A DNA stretch of 45,666 bases from Acidimicrobiales bacterium (GCA_035540915.1 DATLFQ010000041.1:1-45666); one strand, 5' to 3'; counted from the stretch's first letter, positions 28,469 through 39,252 are shown. Program-made: numbers and translations. The notes: generated by a model not told the origin, from the letters alone.

Positions 28469-29209
28469 CTACGGCAGGGTCAGCACCTCGGGGCCGTTGT
28501 CGGTGATGGCGATGGTGTGCTCGGCGTGGGCGGAGAGGCTGCCGTCGGCGGTCACGACGCTCCAGCCGTCGTCGAGGACCCGGGTGCCGGCGCCGCCCAG
28601 GTTGATCATCGGCTCGACGGCGAAGACCATGCCCGGCCGCAGCTTGGGGCCCTTGCCACCCGGGCCGTAGTTGGGCACTTGGGGCTCCTCGTGCATGGCG
28701 GTGCCGATGGCGTGGCCGACGTACTCGCGCACCACCGAGTATCCGGCCGCCTCGGCGACGGCCTGGACGGCGGCGCCGATGTCGGTCAGGCGGTTGCCGT
28801 CCACCATCTGCCCGATGCCGGCCCACAGGCTCTGCTCGGTGACCTCGATGAGCCGGAGGGCCTCGGGATCGACGTCGCCGACCGGCATGGTGAACGCGGC
28901 GTCGCCGTGGTAACCCTCGATGATGGCGCCGCAGTCGATGGAGACGATGTCGCCGTCCCGCAGCACGTAGCTCCCGGGTATCCCGTGGACGATCATGTCG
29001 TTGGGCGAGGTGCAGATCACCGCCGGGAAGCCGTGGTAGTTCAAGAAGTTGGACCGGGCGTTACGCCGCTCCAGCACCTCGCGGGCCACCCGGTCGAGCT
29101 GCGCAGTGGTGACGCCGGGCCGGGCTGCCTGGCGGGTGCGCTCGTGCATCTCGGCCACCACCCGGCCGGCCCGCCGCATCTTGGCGATCTCCTCGCCGCT
29201 GCGCCGCAT
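28469..29209 (-). CDS. map: Type I methionine aminopeptidase
   Basis: 246 aa. EEIAKMRRAG; metal ligands in context DIVSIDCGAIIEGYHGD, GHAIG, FAVEPM, AHAEHT. Confidence 0.95.
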   Translation of the reverse strand: MRRSGEEIAKMRRAGRVVAEMHERTRQAARPGVTTAQLDRVAREVLERRNARSNFLNYHGFPAVICTSPNDMIVHGIPGSYVLRDGDIVSIDCGAIIEGYHGDAAFTMPVGDVDPEALRLIEVTEQSLWAGIGQMVDGNRLTDIGAAVQAVAEAAGYSVVREYVGHAIGTAMHEEPQVPNYGPGGKGPKLRPGMVFAVEPMINLGGAGTRVLDDGWSVVTADGSLSAHAEHTIAITDNGPEVLTLP

Positions 29210-29220
29210 CCCGCGCCGCC

Positions 29221-29889
29221 TCAGCCCCGGCGGGCGCCGAGGCGGCCGTCGATGGCGCGCACCAACCGCGCCGTCACCGTGTCGAGCGATCCGGCCCCGT
29301 CCACGACCACCAGCTTGTCCCGCTCCAGGTACCAGGCGACCAGCGGGGCGGTCTCCCGCTCGTACAGCTCCAGCCGGCGCCAGATGGCCGCTTCGGTGTC
29401 GTCCTCACGCTGGACCACCCGACCGCCGCACACGTCGCAGGTCCAGTCGACGGCCGGCGGCTGCTCCAGGCTGTAGACCGCCGCGCAGCTTTCGCAGACC
29501 CGCCGCTTGGAGAGCCGGGCCAGCACCACGTCGGTGTCCACCTCGAGATCGAGGCAGAGGTCCAGCTCCTCGGGAGCCAGCAATTCGGCCAGCCCCTCGG
29601 CCTGGGCCGCCGTGCGCGGGAAGCCGTCCAGGATGAAGCCCCTGGTGGCGTCGGGGCCGGAGAGGCGCTGGGCCACGACGTCGATCACGAGGTCGTCGGG
29701 AATGAGCTCACCGGCCCGCATGAACTTGGCCAGCCGCTCGGCCAGGTCGGTGCCGGACTTCTGGACGGCACGGAACATGTCCCCCGTGGAGATGTGCGGG
29801 ACCTGGTAGTGGGCGGCCAGCCGTACGCACTGGGTACCTTTCCCGGCCCCTTGCTTGCCCAGGATGACGAGCCGGACGCCGGGCCGCAC
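29221..29889 (-). CDS. adk: Adenylate kinase (zinc-lid type)
   Basis: 222 aa. P-loop LGKQGAGKGTQ; ISTGDMFR; lid CESC...CDVCGG. GTG start. Confidence 0.95.
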   Translation of the reverse strand: MRPGVRLVILGKQGAGKGTQCVRLAAHYQVPHISTGDMFRAVQKSGTDLAERLAKFMRAGELIPDDLVIDVVAQRLSGPDATRGFILDGFPRTAAQAEGLAELLAPEELDLCLDLEVDTDVVLARLSKRRVCESCAAVYSLEQPPAVDWTCDVCGGRVVQREDDTEAAIWRRLELYERETAPLVAWYLERDKLVVVDGAGSLDTVTARLVRAIDGRLGARRG

Positions 29890-29921
29890 CGGTCAATGAC
29901 CCGTGCCGGGGCGGCGAGGCA

Positions 29922-31214
29922 TCACTTCAAGAAGCCCTCGTAGTTCCGCATCATCAACTGGCTGTCGATCTGCTTCATCGTCTCCAGCGCCACGCCCACG
30001 GCGATGAGCAGGGTGGTGCCGGCGAACGCGAAGCTGTCGATGTTCCACACCGCCAGCAGGATGGAGGGCAGGAGGGCGACGAATGCCAGGAACAGCGACC
30101 CGGGGAGGGTGATCCGGTTCAGGATGGCCGCCAGGTGGCGCTCGGTCGGCAGCCCTGGCCGGATGCCGGGGATGTAGCCGCCCTGCTTGCGGATGATGTC
30201 GGCCTGCTGGTGGGGGTCGAACGCGATGGCCGTGTAGAAGTAGGCGAACATCACGATCAGCAAGCCGTACAGCACGATGTAGGTGAGGCTGGTCGGCTCG
30301 ATGAGGTTGTTGTCGATGAAGCTGCGGACCCCGTTCCACGGCACCACGTTCGACAGTAGGACCGGGAAGTACAGCACCGAGCTGGCGAAGATGATCGGGA
30401 TGATGCCCGACTGGTTGACCTTCAGCGGGATGTAGTTGCTCTGGCCGCCGAACTGGCGCCGCCCCACCACTCGCTTGGCGAACTGCACCGGGATGCGGCG
30501 CTGTCCCTGCTCGATGAACACGATGGCGACGAGGATGGCCAGGGTGAGGACCATCAGCACCGCGAACTTGCCGTTGCCGCCCTCCGCCCGGACAGCAGCA
30601 CCGGCCGCCGGCAGGCCGGACACCACGCTCGCGAAGATGAGGATGGACATGCCCTGGCCGATGCCCCGGGCGGTGATCAGCTCGCCCAGCCACATGACGA
30701 AGGCGGTCCCTGCCGTCATGGACAGCACGATGAGCAGCACGCGGGGCGCGTTGAAGCTGGGGATCAAATCGATGTCCCCGCTGATGCCGAGGCTGCTGGC
30801 GTTGTTGTGGAACACGAAGGCCAGGCCGGTCGACTGCATGATGGCCAGGGCCACCGTGAGGTAGCGGGTGGTCTGGGTGATCTTGCGCTGCCCGGTCGGG
30901 CCCTCCTTGCGCCACTGCTCCAGCTTGGGGATCACCACGCCCAGCAGCTGGACGATGATCGAGCTGGTGATGTAGGGCATGATGCCCAGCCCGAAGACGG
31001 CGAAGCGGGTGAGCGCGCCGCCCGAGAAGAGGCTGAGGAACCCGAGCACGCCACCTTCCCGGGCGCTGTCCTCGAGCCGCTGCACGGCGGCGAAGTCGAT
31101 GCCCGGCACCGGGATGTGGGCGCCGAAGCGGTACAGGGCGATGATCAGCAGGGTGAACAGGATCTTGTTCCGGAGGTCCGGAACCTTGAACATGTTCTTG
31201 AGGTTTCCCAGCAT
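29922..31214 (-). CDS. secY: Preprotein translocase subunit SecY
   Basis: 430 aa. LRNKILFTLLIIALYRFGAHIPVPGID; LGIMPYITSSII; multi-pass hydrophobic profile. Confidence 0.97.
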   Translation of the reverse strand: MLGNLKNMFKVPDLRNKILFTLLIIALYRFGAHIPVPGIDFAAVQRLEDSAREGGVLGFLSLFSGGALTRFAVFGLGIMPYITSSIIVQLLGVVIPKLEQWRKEGPTGQRKITQTTRYLTVALAIMQSTGLAFVFHNNASSLGISGDIDLIPSFNAPRVLLIVLSMTAGTAFVMWLGELITARGIGQGMSILIFASVVSGLPAAGAAVRAEGGNGKFAVLMVLTLAILVAIVFIEQGQRRIPVQFAKRVVGRRQFGGQSNYIPLKVNQSGIIPIIFASSVLYFPVLLSNVVPWNGVRSFIDNNLIEPTSLTYIVLYGLLIVMFAYFYTAIAFDPHQQADIIRKQGGYIPGIRPGLPTERHLAAILNRITLPGSLFLAFVALLPSILLAVWNIDSFAFAGTTLLIAVGVALETMKQIDSQLMMRNYEGFLK

Positions 31215-31247
31215 GGGGTGGAGCTCCTGCGCGTCCGGTCGGGGTGC

Positions 31248-31736
31248 TCAGCGATTGGTGAGCGCGTTGCCCTTGGCGGGTGGGCGGCCGTGGCCGAAGG
31301 GGGGTGGGATGAGTTCCACGCTACCGCCGGCCGCCGTGATGGCGGCCTCCGCCGACCGGGAGACGGCATGGGTCCGGACCTGCAGCGGGCGGTCGACCTC
31401 ACCCCGGCCCAGCACCTTCACGAGGCCGTGCTTGTGGACCAGCCCGCGGGCCCGCAGCGTCTCGGGGGTCACCTCGTCGCCCGGGAAGTCGGCCAGCGTG
31501 TCCAGGTTGACCACGGCGTACTCGACTCGGAACGGGTTCTTGAAGCCCTTCAGCTTCGGGATGCGCTGCTTGAGCGGCAGCTGGCCGCCCTCGAAGCCCG
31601 GCTTGATCGAGCCGCGCGCCGCCTGGCCTTTGGTGCCGCGCCCGGCCGTCTTGCCGCCCTTGCCGGCGATGCCGCGGCCCACGCGGCGACGGCTGCGGGT
31701 GGAGCCGGGGGCCGGCTTGAGGTCGTGGAGCTTCAT
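31248..31736 (-). CDS. rplO: 50S ribosomal protein L15
   Basis: This is the C-terminal 162 aa of ORF 31248..32549. MKLHDLKPAPGSTRSRRRVGRGIAGKGGKTAGRGTKGQ...FEGGQLPL. ATG 31736 overlaps the rpmD stop (ATGA). Confidence 0.96.
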   Translation of the reverse strand: MKLHDLKPAPGSTRSRRRVGRGIAGKGGKTAGRGTKGQAARGSIKPGFEGGQLPLKQRIPKLKGFKNPFRVEYAVVNLDTLADFPGDEVTPETLRARGLVHKHGLVKVLGRGEVDRPLQVRTHAVSRSAEAAITAAGGSVELIPPPFGHGRPPAKGNALTNR

Positions 31737-31945
31737 GCGTCGCCTCCTTCGGACGCCGACGCCGGCGTCTCCTCCACCGTGACCAGGTGGGGCACGCGGG
31801 CGATCATGCCGCGGATCTCCGGCCGGTCGGGGAGGGTGTTGACCTTGCCGATGCGGCCCAGGCCCAGCGCCCGCAGCGTGCCGCGGTGCTTGGGCTTGGT
31901 GCCGATGCCCGAGCGGGTCTGGGTGACCCGCAGGCTGCCGGGCAC
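31733..31945 (-). CDS. rpmD: 50S ribosomal protein L30
   Basis: 70 aa. LRVTQTRSGIGTKPKHRGTLRALGLGRIGKVNTLPDRPEIRGMIARVPHLV. GTG start abuts the rpsE stop. Confidence 0.94.
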   Translation of the reverse strand: MPGSLRVTQTRSGIGTKPKHRGTLRALGLGRIGKVNTLPDRPEIRGMIARVPHLVTVEETPASASEGGDA

Positions 31946-32497
31946 CTAGGCCACTTCCTGGGGCACGTGCGGGCCGCGATGGGTGGCCCGCCAGGCGGTC
32001 AGGACGCCGGCCGGCGTGACCTCTTCGGCCGACTTGCCGCGGAGCCGGGCCACGTCGTCGGGCGACTTCAGCGCCTTCAGGCCGGCGATGGTGGCGTGGG
32101 CCACGTTGACGGCGTTGGACGAGCCCAGCGACTTGGCCAGCACGTCGTGGATTCCGGCGGCCTCCAGGATGATGCGCGCGGCGCCCCCGGCGATGACGCC
32201 GGTGCCCGGGGCGGCCGGCTTGAGCAGCACCCGGCCGGCACCGGCCTCGCCGATCACCGGATGCACGATGGTGGAGCCGGCCAGGGGGACGGTGAAGACG
32301 TTCTTGCGGGCGTCGTCGGCCGCCTTCTGCATGGCCAGCGCCACTTCCTTGGCCTTGCCGTAGCCGAGGCCGACCTTGCCCGAGCCGTCGCCCACCACCA
32401 TCAGCGCGGCGAACGAGAAGCGCCGCCCACCCTTGACCACCTTGGCCACCCGGTTGGGGCGCCCGATGGGCCGCTCTTCGAACTGGTTGTCTGCCAT
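31946..32497 (-). CDS. rpsE: 30S ribosomal protein S5
   Basis: 183 aa. [37 protein letters not shown]...[14 protein letters not shown]. Confidence 0.97.
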   Translation of the reverse strand: MADNQFEERPIGRPNRVAKVVKGGRRFSFAALMVVGDGSGKVGLGYGKAKEVALAMQKAADDARKNVFTVPLAGSTIVHPVIGEAGAGRVLLKPAAPGTGVIAGGAARIILEAAGIHDVLAKSLGSSNAVNVAHATIAGLKALKSPDDVARLRGKSAEEVTPAGVLTAWRATHRGPHVPQEVA

Positions 32498-32517
32498 GGT
32501 CTCCTGTGCTCCTCGGC

Positions 32518-32880
32518 TCAGAACTCGAGGCCGGCCTGGCGGGCGGCATCAGCCACCGCTGCCACCCGCCCGTGGTAGGCGAAGCCGCCCCGGTCGAACA
32601 CCACCGCCGTCACTCCGGCCGCCCGGGCCCGCTCGGCCACCAGCCGCCCGACGGCCGCGGCCGCCTCGGCGTTGCCGGTGGCACCCGCCCGCAGGTCCGG
32701 CTCGACGGTGGACGCGGCCGCCAGCGTGCGACCGCTGGCGTCGTCGATGACCTGGGCCACCATGTGCCGGTTCGAGCGGAACACGGCCAGGCGCGGCCGG
32801 GCCGCGGTGCCGGCCACCTTGCGGCGCACCCGGCGGTGCCGGCGCTTGCGCAGGACGTGGACTCTGCCCGGCGTCGTCAC
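32518..32880 (-). CDS. rplR: 50S ribosomal protein L18
   Basis: 120 aa. [35 protein letters not shown]...[26 protein letters not shown]. Confidence 0.96.
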   Translation of the reverse strand: MTTPGRVHVLRKRRHRRVRRKVAGTAARPRLAVFRSNRHMVAQVIDDASGRTLAAASTVEPDLRAGATGNAEAAAAVGRLVAERARAAGVTAVVFDRGGFAYHGRVAAVADAARQAGLEF

Positions 32881-32890
32881 TGTTCGGTCC

Positions 32891-33430
32891 TCACTTCGCC
32901 GCCTTCCCGGCCTTGCGGAGGACCCGCTCGCCCGCGTAGCGCACGCCCTTGCCCTTGTACGGCTCGGGCTTGCGGATCTTGCGGATGTTGGCGGCCACCT
33001 GGCCCACCAGCTCCTTGTCGATGCCCCGGACGGTGATCCGGGTCGGCACGGGCACCTCGAAGTCGATGCCGGGGGGCGCGTCGAACGGCACGCCGTGGCT
33101 GAACCCGAGGGCCAGGTCGATGCGGCCGGGGCCCGAGGCCGTGGCCCGGTAGCCGACGCCGTGGATCTCGAGCTCCTTCGAGAACCCGGTCGTCACGCCC
33201 ACCACCATGTTGTGCACCAGCGACCGCGTCAGCCCGTGCAGGGCGCGGTTGTGGCGCTGGTCGTCGGGCCGCTCGACCAGCAGGGTGTCGCCTTCCTGCC
33301 GGACGGTGATGTCGCCGGGCAACTCCCGCGCCAGGGTGCCCTTGGGCCCGCGCACCGTCACCTGCCGGCCGTCGACGACCACGTCGACGCCCGCCGGCAC
33401 CGGGATGGGGGACCTACCGATTCTCGACAT
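32891..33430 (-). CDS. rplF: 50S ribosomal protein L6
   Basis: 179 aa. [17 protein letters not shown]...[10 protein letters not shown]...GVGYRA...[10 protein letters not shown]. Confidence 0.97.
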   Translation of the reverse strand: MSRIGRSPIPVPAGVDVVVDGRQVTVRGPKGTLARELPGDITVRQEGDTLLVERPDDQRHNRALHGLTRSLVHNMVVGVTTGFSKELEIHGVGYRATASGPGRIDLALGFSHGVPFDAPPGIDFEVPVPTRITVRGIDKELVGQVAANIRKIRKPEPYKGKGVRYAGERVLRKAGKAAK

Positions 33431-33442
33431 CGTCGCTCCAGC

Positions 33443-33847
33443 TCACCAGACGTAACAAAGGATCTCGCCGCCGACGCGGTTCTTGCGGGCCTCGCGGTCG
33501 GTCATGAGGCCCTGGCTCGTGGACAGCACGGCCACGCCCAGGCCGCCGAGCACCCGGGGCAGCTTGTCGGCCTTGGTGTACACCCGCAGGCCCGGCTTGG
33601 AGATGCGCCGGATCCCCGAGATGGTACGGGCCCGCTCGGGCGAGTACTTCATCCTGATCTCCAGCACCCGGCCCGGGCGGCCCGGGTCGTCCTGCGCCTC
33701 GAAGCCCTCGATGTAGCCCTCCCGCAGCAGGATGGCGGCGAGGGCCTCCTTCAACTTGGAGGACGGCATCTTCACGGTGTCGTGCATGGCGGTGTTGGCA
33801 TTGCGGACACGAGTCAGCATGTCGGCGATGGGGTCGGTCATGGTCAT
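33443..33847 (-). CDS. rpsH: 30S ribosomal protein S8
   Basis: 134 aa. [20 protein letters not shown]...GGEILCYVW. Confidence 0.97.
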   Translation of the reverse strand: MTMTDPIADMLTRVRNANTAMHDTVKMPSSKLKEALAAILLREGYIEGFEAQDDPGRPGRVLEIRMKYSPERARTISGIRRISKPGLRVYTKADKLPRVLGGLGVAVLSTSQGLMTDREARKNRVGGEILCYVW

Positions 33848-33851
33848 GGGG

Positions 33852-34037
33852 TCACCAGCTCGCCTTCGTCACGCCGGGCAGCTCGCCGGCGTGGGCCAGC
33901 TCGCGCAGGCAGATCCGGCACAGCCCGAACTTGCGGAAGACAGCCTTGGGCCGACCGCAGCGGCGGCAGCGCGTGTAGGCCCGCACCTTGTACTTGGGCT
34001 TGCGCTGCTGCTTCTCGACGAGCGCCTTCTTCGCCAC
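33852..34037 (-). CDS. rpsN: 30S ribosomal protein S14 type Z (zinc-ribbon form)
   Basis: This is the last 61 aa of ORF 33852..34313. (V)[63 protein letters not shown] 34037 shares one nucleotide with the rplE stop. Confidence 0.94.
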   Translation of the reverse strand: MAKKALVEKQQRKPKYKVRAYTRCRRCGRPKAVFRKFGLCRICLRELAHAGELPGVTKASW

Positions 34038-34645
34038 TACTGCGATCCTCCAGATGTCGTGTCTCGCTTGAAGGGGAAGCCGAACGCCTCGAGAAGGGCC
34101 TTGCCCTCGGCGTTGCTCCGGGCCGTGGTCACGACCGTGATGTCCATGCCGCGGGGGGCGTCGACCTTGTCGTAGTCGATCTCGGGGAAGATCAGCTGCT
34201 CGGTGACGCCGAAGGTGTAGTTGCCCCGCCCGTCGAAGGCGTCCGCCGGGAGGCCGCGGAAGTCGCGGATCCGGGGGATGGCCAGGCTGATCAGCCGGTC
34301 CAGGAACTCCCACATCCGGTCGCCCCGTAGGGTGACCTTGGCGCCGATGGGCACCCCCTCGCGCAGCTTGAAGCCGGCGATCGACTTCTTCGCCTTGGTC
34401 ACCAGCGGCTTCTGGCCGCAGATGATCGTGAGGTCCTTGACCGCCCCTTCCAGCAACGACGCCTGCTGGGTGGCCTTGCCGACCCCCATGTTGACGACGA
34501 CCTTCTCGAAGCGCGGCACCTGCATGACGTTGGCCAGGCCGAGCCGCTCCTGGAGCTGGGCCCGGATCTCGCCGTCGTAGCGCTGCTTCAGCCGCGGCCG
34601 CTGACGGGCGGGCTGCTCGGTGCTCGGCTGCTCGGTCACGGTCAC
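34037..34645 (-). CDS. rplE: 50S ribosomal protein L5
   Basis: This is the C-terminal 202 aa of ORF 34037..34744. [39 protein letters not shown]...[14 protein letters not shown] 34645 overlaps the rplX stop (GTGA). The alternative GTG is 34639. Confidence 0.95.
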   Translation of the reverse strand: MTVTEQPSTEQPARQRPRLKQRYDGEIRAQLQERLGLANVMQVPRFEKVVVNMGVGKATQQASLLEGAVKDLTIICGQKPLVTKAKKSIAGFKLREGVPIGAKVTLRGDRMWEFLDRLISLAIPRIRDFRGLPADAFDGRGNYTFGVTEQLIFPEIDYDKVDAPRGMDITVVTTARSNAEGKALLEAFGFPFKRDTTSGGSQ

Positions 34646-34956
34646 AGGTCGCCTCCGCACTTCCTGCAGACGCGCACCTTGCGCCGGTCGGGCCCGACCT
34701 CGTCGAATCGGAAGCCGATCCGGGTGGGGCCGCACGACGGGCACACGATGGCGACGGCCGACGCCGGCAGGGGCATGTCCTTGTCGATGATGCCGCCCTG
34801 CATGGTGGCGCGGGTGGCCCGCTGATGGCGCTTTGCCACGTTCACCCCGTCGACGATCACCTTGTTCTCCTTCGGGAGGACGCGGCTGATCTCGCCGGTC
34901 TTGCCCCGGTCCTTGCCGGCTCGGACCCGCACCCGGTCGCCCTTCTTCAGCTTCAC
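34642..34956 (-). CDS. rplX: 50S ribosomal protein L24 (with CxxC...CxxC C-terminus)
   Basis: (V)[39 protein letters not shown]. The preferred start is GTG 34956, with GGAGGG 4-5 nt upstream. The ORF-track start GTG 34968 would add 4 aa. Confidence 0.95.
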   Translation of the reverse strand: MKLKKGDRVRVRAGKDRGKTGEISRVLPKENKVIVDGVNVAKRHQRATRATMQGGIIDKDMPLPASAVAIVCPSCGPTRIGFRFDEVGPDRRKVRVCRKCGGDL

Positions 34957-34969
34957 AGGACCCTCCACA

Positions 34970-35338
34970 TCACAGGACCTCGGGGGCCAGCGAGATGATG
35001 CGCATGAACTTCTTGTCCCGCAGCTCGCGCCCGACCGGCCCGAAGATGCGGGTCCCGCGAGGCTGCTGCGCCTCGTTGATCAGCACGGCGGCGTTCTCGT
35101 CGAAGCGGATGTAGCTGCCGTCGGGCCGGCGCTTCTCCTTCTTGGTCCGGACCACGACGCACTTGACCACGTCGCCCTTCTTGACGGCGGCGCCGGGGAT
35201 GGCGTCCTTCACCGTCGCCACGAAGACGTCGCCGATGGACGCGTAGCGCCGCCTCGACCCCCCGAGCACCTTGATGCACAGGACGACCTTGGCGCCGGAG
35301 TTGTCGGCCACCCGCAGGCGGGACTCCTGCTGGATCAT
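34970..35338 (-). CDS. rplN: 50S ribosomal protein L14
   Basis: 122 aa. [28 protein letters not shown]...[26 protein letters not shown]. Confidence 0.98.
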   Translation of the reverse strand: MIQQESRLRVADNSGAKVVLCIKVLGGSRRRYASIGDVFVATVKDAIPGAAVKKGDVVKCVVVRTKKEKRRPDGSYIRFDENAAVLINEAQQPRGTRIFGPVGRELRDKKFMRIISLAPEVL

Positions 35339-35613
35339 CGGGCCCGCTCGACGACTTCCACGACCCGCCAGCGCTTCAGCTTGGACAGCGGCCGCGTCTC
35401 CTCCACCCGCACCCGGTCGCCGGTGCGGACGTCGTTGGCCTCGTCGTGCACGTACAGGCGCTTGGTGCGCTGCACCGTCTTGGCGTAGCGGCGGTGGCGG
35501 ACGCGCTCGACGACGGCCACGACCACCGTCTTGTCCATGCCGTCGGACACCACGGTGCCCTCGCGCTGCTTGCGCCGGGCCCGCACCACCGGCTCGGGTG
35601 CCACATCAGACAT
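35335..35613 (-). CDS. rpsQ: 30S ribosomal protein S17
   Basis: This is the C-terminal 92 aa of ORF 35335..35673. ...[42 protein letters not shown]...[13 protein letters not shown] 35613 is preceded by AAGGAGG. Confidence 0.95.
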   Translation of the reverse strand: MSDVAPEPVVRARRKQREGTVVSDGMDKTVVVAVVERVRHRRYAKTVQRTKRLYVHDEANDVRTGDRVRVEETRPLSKLKRWRVVEVVERAR

Positions 35614-35854
35614 TGCCTGCCTCCTTGCCCGCGCCGGCGGCGGCCGCCTCGGCGGCGGCGATCTCTCGCTCACGCAGCATGGTGTTGATGCGGGCCACCT
35701 GGCGGCGGAGCTGGCCCAGGCGGGCCGAGTTGTCCAGCTGGCCGGTGACGTGTTGGAAGCGCAGGTTGAACAGCTCCTGGCGGGTTTCGGCCAAGCGTGT
35801 CTCCAACTCCTCGGGCGTGGTGTCGCGAAGCTCGCTGGTGCGGGACCGGGCCAT
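35606..35854 (-). CDS. rpmC: 50S ribosomal protein L29
   Basis: This is the last 82 aa of ORF 35606..36559. [62 protein letters not shown]. It overlaps the rpsQ start by 8 nt. Confidence 0.93.
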   Translation of the reverse strand: MARSRTSELRDTTPEELETRLAETRQELFNLRFQHVTGQLDNSARLGQLRRQVARINTMLREREIAAAEAAAAGAGKEAGNV

Positions 35855-36279
35855 CAGATCTGCACCTCCTGGTCGGCGCGGCGAACGAACTTGGCGCCGA
35901 TCGGCAGCTTCTGGATGGCCCGCTCCATGGCGGCCCGGGCCAGCTCCTCGGGCACCCCGCCCAACTCGAACATGACGCGGCCGGGCTTGACCACCGCCAC
36001 CCAGTGCTCGGGGTTGCCCTTGCCGGAACCCATCCGGGTCTCGGCCGGCTTGGCCGTCACCGGCTTGTCGGGGAAGATGCGGATCCAGACCTTGCCGCCG
36101 CGCTTGACGTGGCGCGTCATCGCGATACGGGCCGCCTCGATCTGGCGGGCGGTGATCCACCCTGGCTCCATGGCCTGGATCCCGAAGTCGCCGAACGACA
36201 CCGCGCTGCCGCCCTTGGCGGCGCCGGTGAGCCGCCCGCGCTGCTGCTTGCGGTGCCGGACCTTCCGCGGCATCAGCAT
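35854..36279 (-). CDS. rplP: 50S ribosomal protein L16
   Basis: 141 aa. [17 protein letters not shown]...[24 protein letters not shown]. Confidence 0.97.
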   Translation of the reverse strand: MLMPRKVRHRKQQRGRLTGAAKGGSAVSFGDFGIQAMEPGWITARQIEAARIAMTRHVKRGGKVWIRIFPDKPVTAKPAETRMGSGKGNPEHWVAVVKPGRVMFELGGVPEELARAAMERAIQKLPIGAKFVRRADQEVQI

Positions 36280-37217
36280 CAGTCGGGGTCCCTTCGGAAG
36301 TGGGGAGCCTCGTGCGGGTCGCGGGTGCGGCGCTCGATCTCCTCCTCCTCGGCCAGCAGGCGCTCGATGTCGGGATCGACCTCGGGGATGATCGGCTTGG
36401 CCGCGGCCGCCTCGGGGGCGCCGTCGGCCTGCTCGTCGACGGGGGGCAGCTCGGTGCCCGGCTCGCCCTGCTCGGGGCGTCGACGCCCGCCACCGGCCGA
36501 GATGATCCGCCGGGGCCGCCCCTGGCCGGAGGTCTCGCCGACGGCCATGGCCGCCTCACGACTGATCTTGTCCTCGGACGAGACCTTGTAGGGGAGGATG
36601 TCGCCCTTGTAGATCCACACCTTTACGCCGATGCGACCGAAGGTGGTCTTGGCCTCACGGAAGCCGTAGTCGATGTCGGCCCGCAGCGTGTGCAGCGGGA
36701 CGCGGCCCTCGCGGTAGGCCTCGCGCCGGGCCATCTCGGAGCCGCCCAACCGGCCCGAGCACTGCACCCGGATGCCCTGGGCGCCGGCCTTCTGGACCGT
36801 CTGCACCGCCCGCTTCATGGCCCGCCGGAAGCTCACCCGGCCGGCCAGCTGGTCGGCGATGCCCTGGGCGATGAGGGCCGCGTCGAGCTCGGGCTGCTTG
36901 ATCTCCTGGATGTTCAGCTGCACCCGCGGGTTGCTCGTCAGCTTGGCCAGATAGGTGCGGAGCCGGTCGGCCTCGGCCCCGCGGCGGCCGATCACGATGC
37001 CGGGGCGCGCCGTGTGCAGGTCGATGCGCAGCCGGTCGCGCGTCCGCTCGACCTCGATCCGGCTCACGGCCGCCCGCTCGAGCTGGCTGGTGAGGTAGTC
37101 GCGGATCTTCCAGTCCTCGATGACCTGGCTCTGGTACTCACGGTCGTTGAACCACCGCGACTTCCAGTCGGTCGTGACCCCGAGTCGGAACCCGTACGGG
37201 TTGACCTTCTGGCCCAT
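36279..37217 (-). CDS. rpsC: 30S ribosomal protein S3 (long C-terminal tail)
   Basis: 312 aa. [23 protein letters not shown]; KH domain [10 protein letters not shown]; about 90 aa of charged, low-complexity tail. Confidence 0.97.
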   Translation of the reverse strand: MGQKVNPYGFRLGVTTDWKSRWFNDREYQSQVIEDWKIRDYLTSQLERAAVSRIEVERTRDRLRIDLHTARPGIVIGRRGAEADRLRTYLAKLTSNPRVQLNIQEIKQPELDAALIAQGIADQLAGRVSFRRAMKRAVQTVQKAGAQGIRVQCSGRLGGSEMARREAYREGRVPLHTLRADIDYGFREAKTTFGRIGVKVWIYKGDILPYKVSSEDKISREAAMAVGETSGQGRPRRIISAGGGRRRPEQGEPGTELPPVDEQADGAPEAAAAKPIIPEVDPDIERLLAEEEEIERRTRDPHEAPHFRRDPD

Positions 37218-37831
37218 CAGGGCTTCTCCTGTTCAGTCTGCGGCTCGTCGGTCCCGGGCGCCGGCGCGTCCTCGACCGCCACCTCGTCGGACGCCACCTC
37301 GTCGGCAGCGGGAGGCGCGGGCTCGACCGCGGTGGGCGGCGGCGCGGCGGTGCCCGGCTGCTGCTGGTCCCGGCGGGTCGGCCGGCCCTGGCGCCCACCG
37401 GCCACCCGGCGGGACCGGCGGGCGGTCGTCTCGGCGGCGCGGCGGGCGCGGGCCCGGGCCAGGCGCTCGTCGGGCAGCCGGCTCACCACGATGGTGACGT
37501 GGCTGGTGCGCTTGCGGATGCGGGTGACGCGGCCGCGCGCCCGGGGCCGCCACCGCTTCATGGTGGCGCCCTCGTCGGCGAAGCAGGCCGAGACGTACAG
37601 CTCCTCGGGATCCATGCCGTCGTTGTTCTCCGCATTGGCGACCGCCGAGGCCAGCAGCTTGCCGACGATGGTGGCGGCGTCCCGCTCGGCGAACTGCAGG
37701 ATCTCGGCCGCCTCGGCCACCTGCTTGCCCCGGATCAGGTCGAGCACCGGTCGCACCTTGTAGGCCGAGCTGCGGCAGTGGCGCAGCACCGCCCTCGTGC
37801 CCGGCCGCTCGTTGAGCTTCGGCCCGGTCAT
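37217..37831 (-). CDS. rplV: 50S ribosomal protein L22 (long C-terminal tail)
   Basis: This is the C-terminal 204 aa of ORF 37217..38008. [38 protein letters not shown]...[20 protein letters not shown], then an Arg/Ala/Pro/Glu-rich tail. ATG 37831 overlaps the rpsS stop (ATGA). Confidence 0.95.
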   Translation of the reverse strand: MTGPKLNERPGTRAVLRHCRSSAYKVRPVLDLIRGKQVAEAAEILQFAERDAATIVGKLLASAVANAENNDGMDPEELYVSACFADEGATMKRWRPRARGRVTRIRKRTSHVTIVVSRLPDERLARARARRAAETTARRSRRVAGGRQGRPTRRDQQQPGTAAPPPTAVEPAPPAADEVASDEVAVEDAPAPGTDEPQTEQEKP

Positions 37832-38106
37832 CGCCGCGCGCCCCGCTCCTGGCCGGCGTGGTAGCGGAACGTGCGGGTCGGCGCGAACTCTCCCAGCTTG
37901 TGCCCGACCATTGACTCCACGATGTAGACCGGTACGTGCTTGCGACCGTCGTGGACGGCGATGGTGTGTCCCACCATGTCGGGGATGATCGTGGACCGCC
38001 GCGACCACGTCTTGACCACCCGCTTCTCGCCGGCCGAGTTGAGCACGTCCACCTTCTTCAACAGGTGGTCGTCGACGAACGGGCCCTTCTTCAAGCTACG
38101 GGGCAC
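37828..38106 (-). CDS. rpsS: 30S ribosomal protein S19
   Basis: This is the last 92 aa of ORF 37828..38202. (V)[18 protein letters not shown]...[17 protein letters not shown]...[16 protein letters not shown] 38106 is preceded by GGAGG. Confidence 0.96.
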   Translation of the reverse strand: MPRSLKKGPFVDDHLLKKVDVLNSAGEKRVVKTWSRRSTIIPDMVGHTIAVHDGRKHVPVYIVESMVGHKLGEFAPTRTFRYHAGQERGARR

Positions 38107-38108
38107 GG

Positions 38109-38945
38109 CTACCTCCGCGACCCGCGCGTGCGGCGTCGCCTGACGATGAGCTTGCTCGACTCCTTGGTGGTGTCCCGGGTGCGCCCCTCGGGCTGACCCC
38201 ACGGGGACACGGGGTGGCGGCCACCCGAGGACTTGCCCTCGCCGCCGCCCAGCGGGTGGTCGACGGGGTTCATGGCCACGCCGCGGGTCTGGGGGCGCAC
38301 GCCCTTCCAGCGGTTGCGGCCGGCCTTGCCCACCTTCACCAGCTCGGACTCGGCGTTGCCGACCTCGCCGATGGTACCGCGGCAGTCGATCGGCACCCGG
38401 CGCATCTCGGTGGAGGGAAGGCGCAAGGTGGCGTGGTCGCCCTCCTTGGCCACCAGCTGGACGCTCATGCCGGCGCCGCGGGCCAGCTTGCCGCCGGCGC
38501 CCGGCTTCAGCTCCACGCAGTGGACCGTGGTACCCACCGGGATGAAGCGCAGTGGCATGGCGTTGCCGGGCCGTATGTCGGCGCCCTGCCCGCTCTGGAG
38601 GAGGTCGCCCACCTTCACCCGGGCGGGGGCCAGGATGTAGCGCTTCTCCCCGTCGAGGTAGTGCAGCAGGGCGATGCGGGCGGTGCGGTTCGGGTCGTAC
38701 TCGATGGCCGCCACCTTGGCCGGCACGCCGTCCTTGGTCCGGCGGAAGTCGACCATCCGGTACTGCTGCTTGTGGCCGCCGCCGCGGTGTCGGGCCGTCT
38801 TGCGCCCGTGCGCGTTGCGGCCACCGGTGCCGGGCTTGGCGGCCAGGAGCGAGCGCTCGGGCCGGTCCTTGGTGATCTCGGAGAAGTCCGAGACGGTCTG
38901 GAAGCGGCGGCCGGCGCTGGTGGGCTTTCGTTTGCGGAGCGGCAT
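38109..38945 (-). CDS. rplB: 50S ribosomal protein L2
   Basis: 278 aa. [21 protein letters not shown]...GGGHKQQYR...[21 protein letters not shown]. Confidence 0.98.
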   Translation of the reverse strand: MPLRKRKPTSAGRRFQTVSDFSEITKDRPERSLLAAKPGTGGRNAHGRKTARHRGGGHKQQYRMVDFRRTKDGVPAKVAAIEYDPNRTARIALLHYLDGEKRYILAPARVKVGDLLQSGQGADIRPGNAMPLRFIPVGTTVHCVELKPGAGGKLARGAGMSVQLVAKEGDHATLRLPSTEMRRVPIDCRGTIGEVGNAESELVKVGKAGRNRWKGVRPQTRGVAMNPVDHPLGGGEGKSSGGRHPVSPWGQPEGRTRDTTKESSKLIVRRRRTRGSRR

Positions 38946-38961
38946 GTTCTCTCGTTCCCGC

Positions 38962-39252
38962 CTAGCTCTCGAACAGTTCGATGCGGTCGTCGCCGGCCAG
39001 CGTGACGATGGCCCGCTTGGTGGCGGCCCGCTGGCCGAAGGTCGCCTTGCGGCGGTTGCGCTTGCGCTTGCCCTTGCGGTTCAGGGTGTTCACGTTGGTG
39101 ACCCTGACGTTGAAGATGGCCTCCACCGCCTGGCGGATCTCGGTCTTGTTCGAGTCCGGGTGGACGAGGAACGTGTACACGCCCTCGTCCAGCAGTGCGT
39201 AGGACTTCTCCGACACGACCGGCCGCAGGATGACGCTGCGAGGGTCCTTCAT
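38962..39252 (-). CDS. rplW: 50S ribosomal protein L23
   Basis: 96 aa. [44 protein letters not shown]. Confidence 0.96.
   Translation of the reverse strand: MKDPRSVILRPVVSEKSYALLDEGVYTFLVHPDSNKTEIRQAVEAIFNVRVTNVNTLNRKGKRKRNRRKATFGQRAATKRAIVTLAGDDRIELFES

Noticed and set aside
28224-29476. ORFs 28224..28826 (-) and 28280..29476 (+)
   Set aside because: They are off-frame or antisense to map, with Arg/Gly-rich composition.
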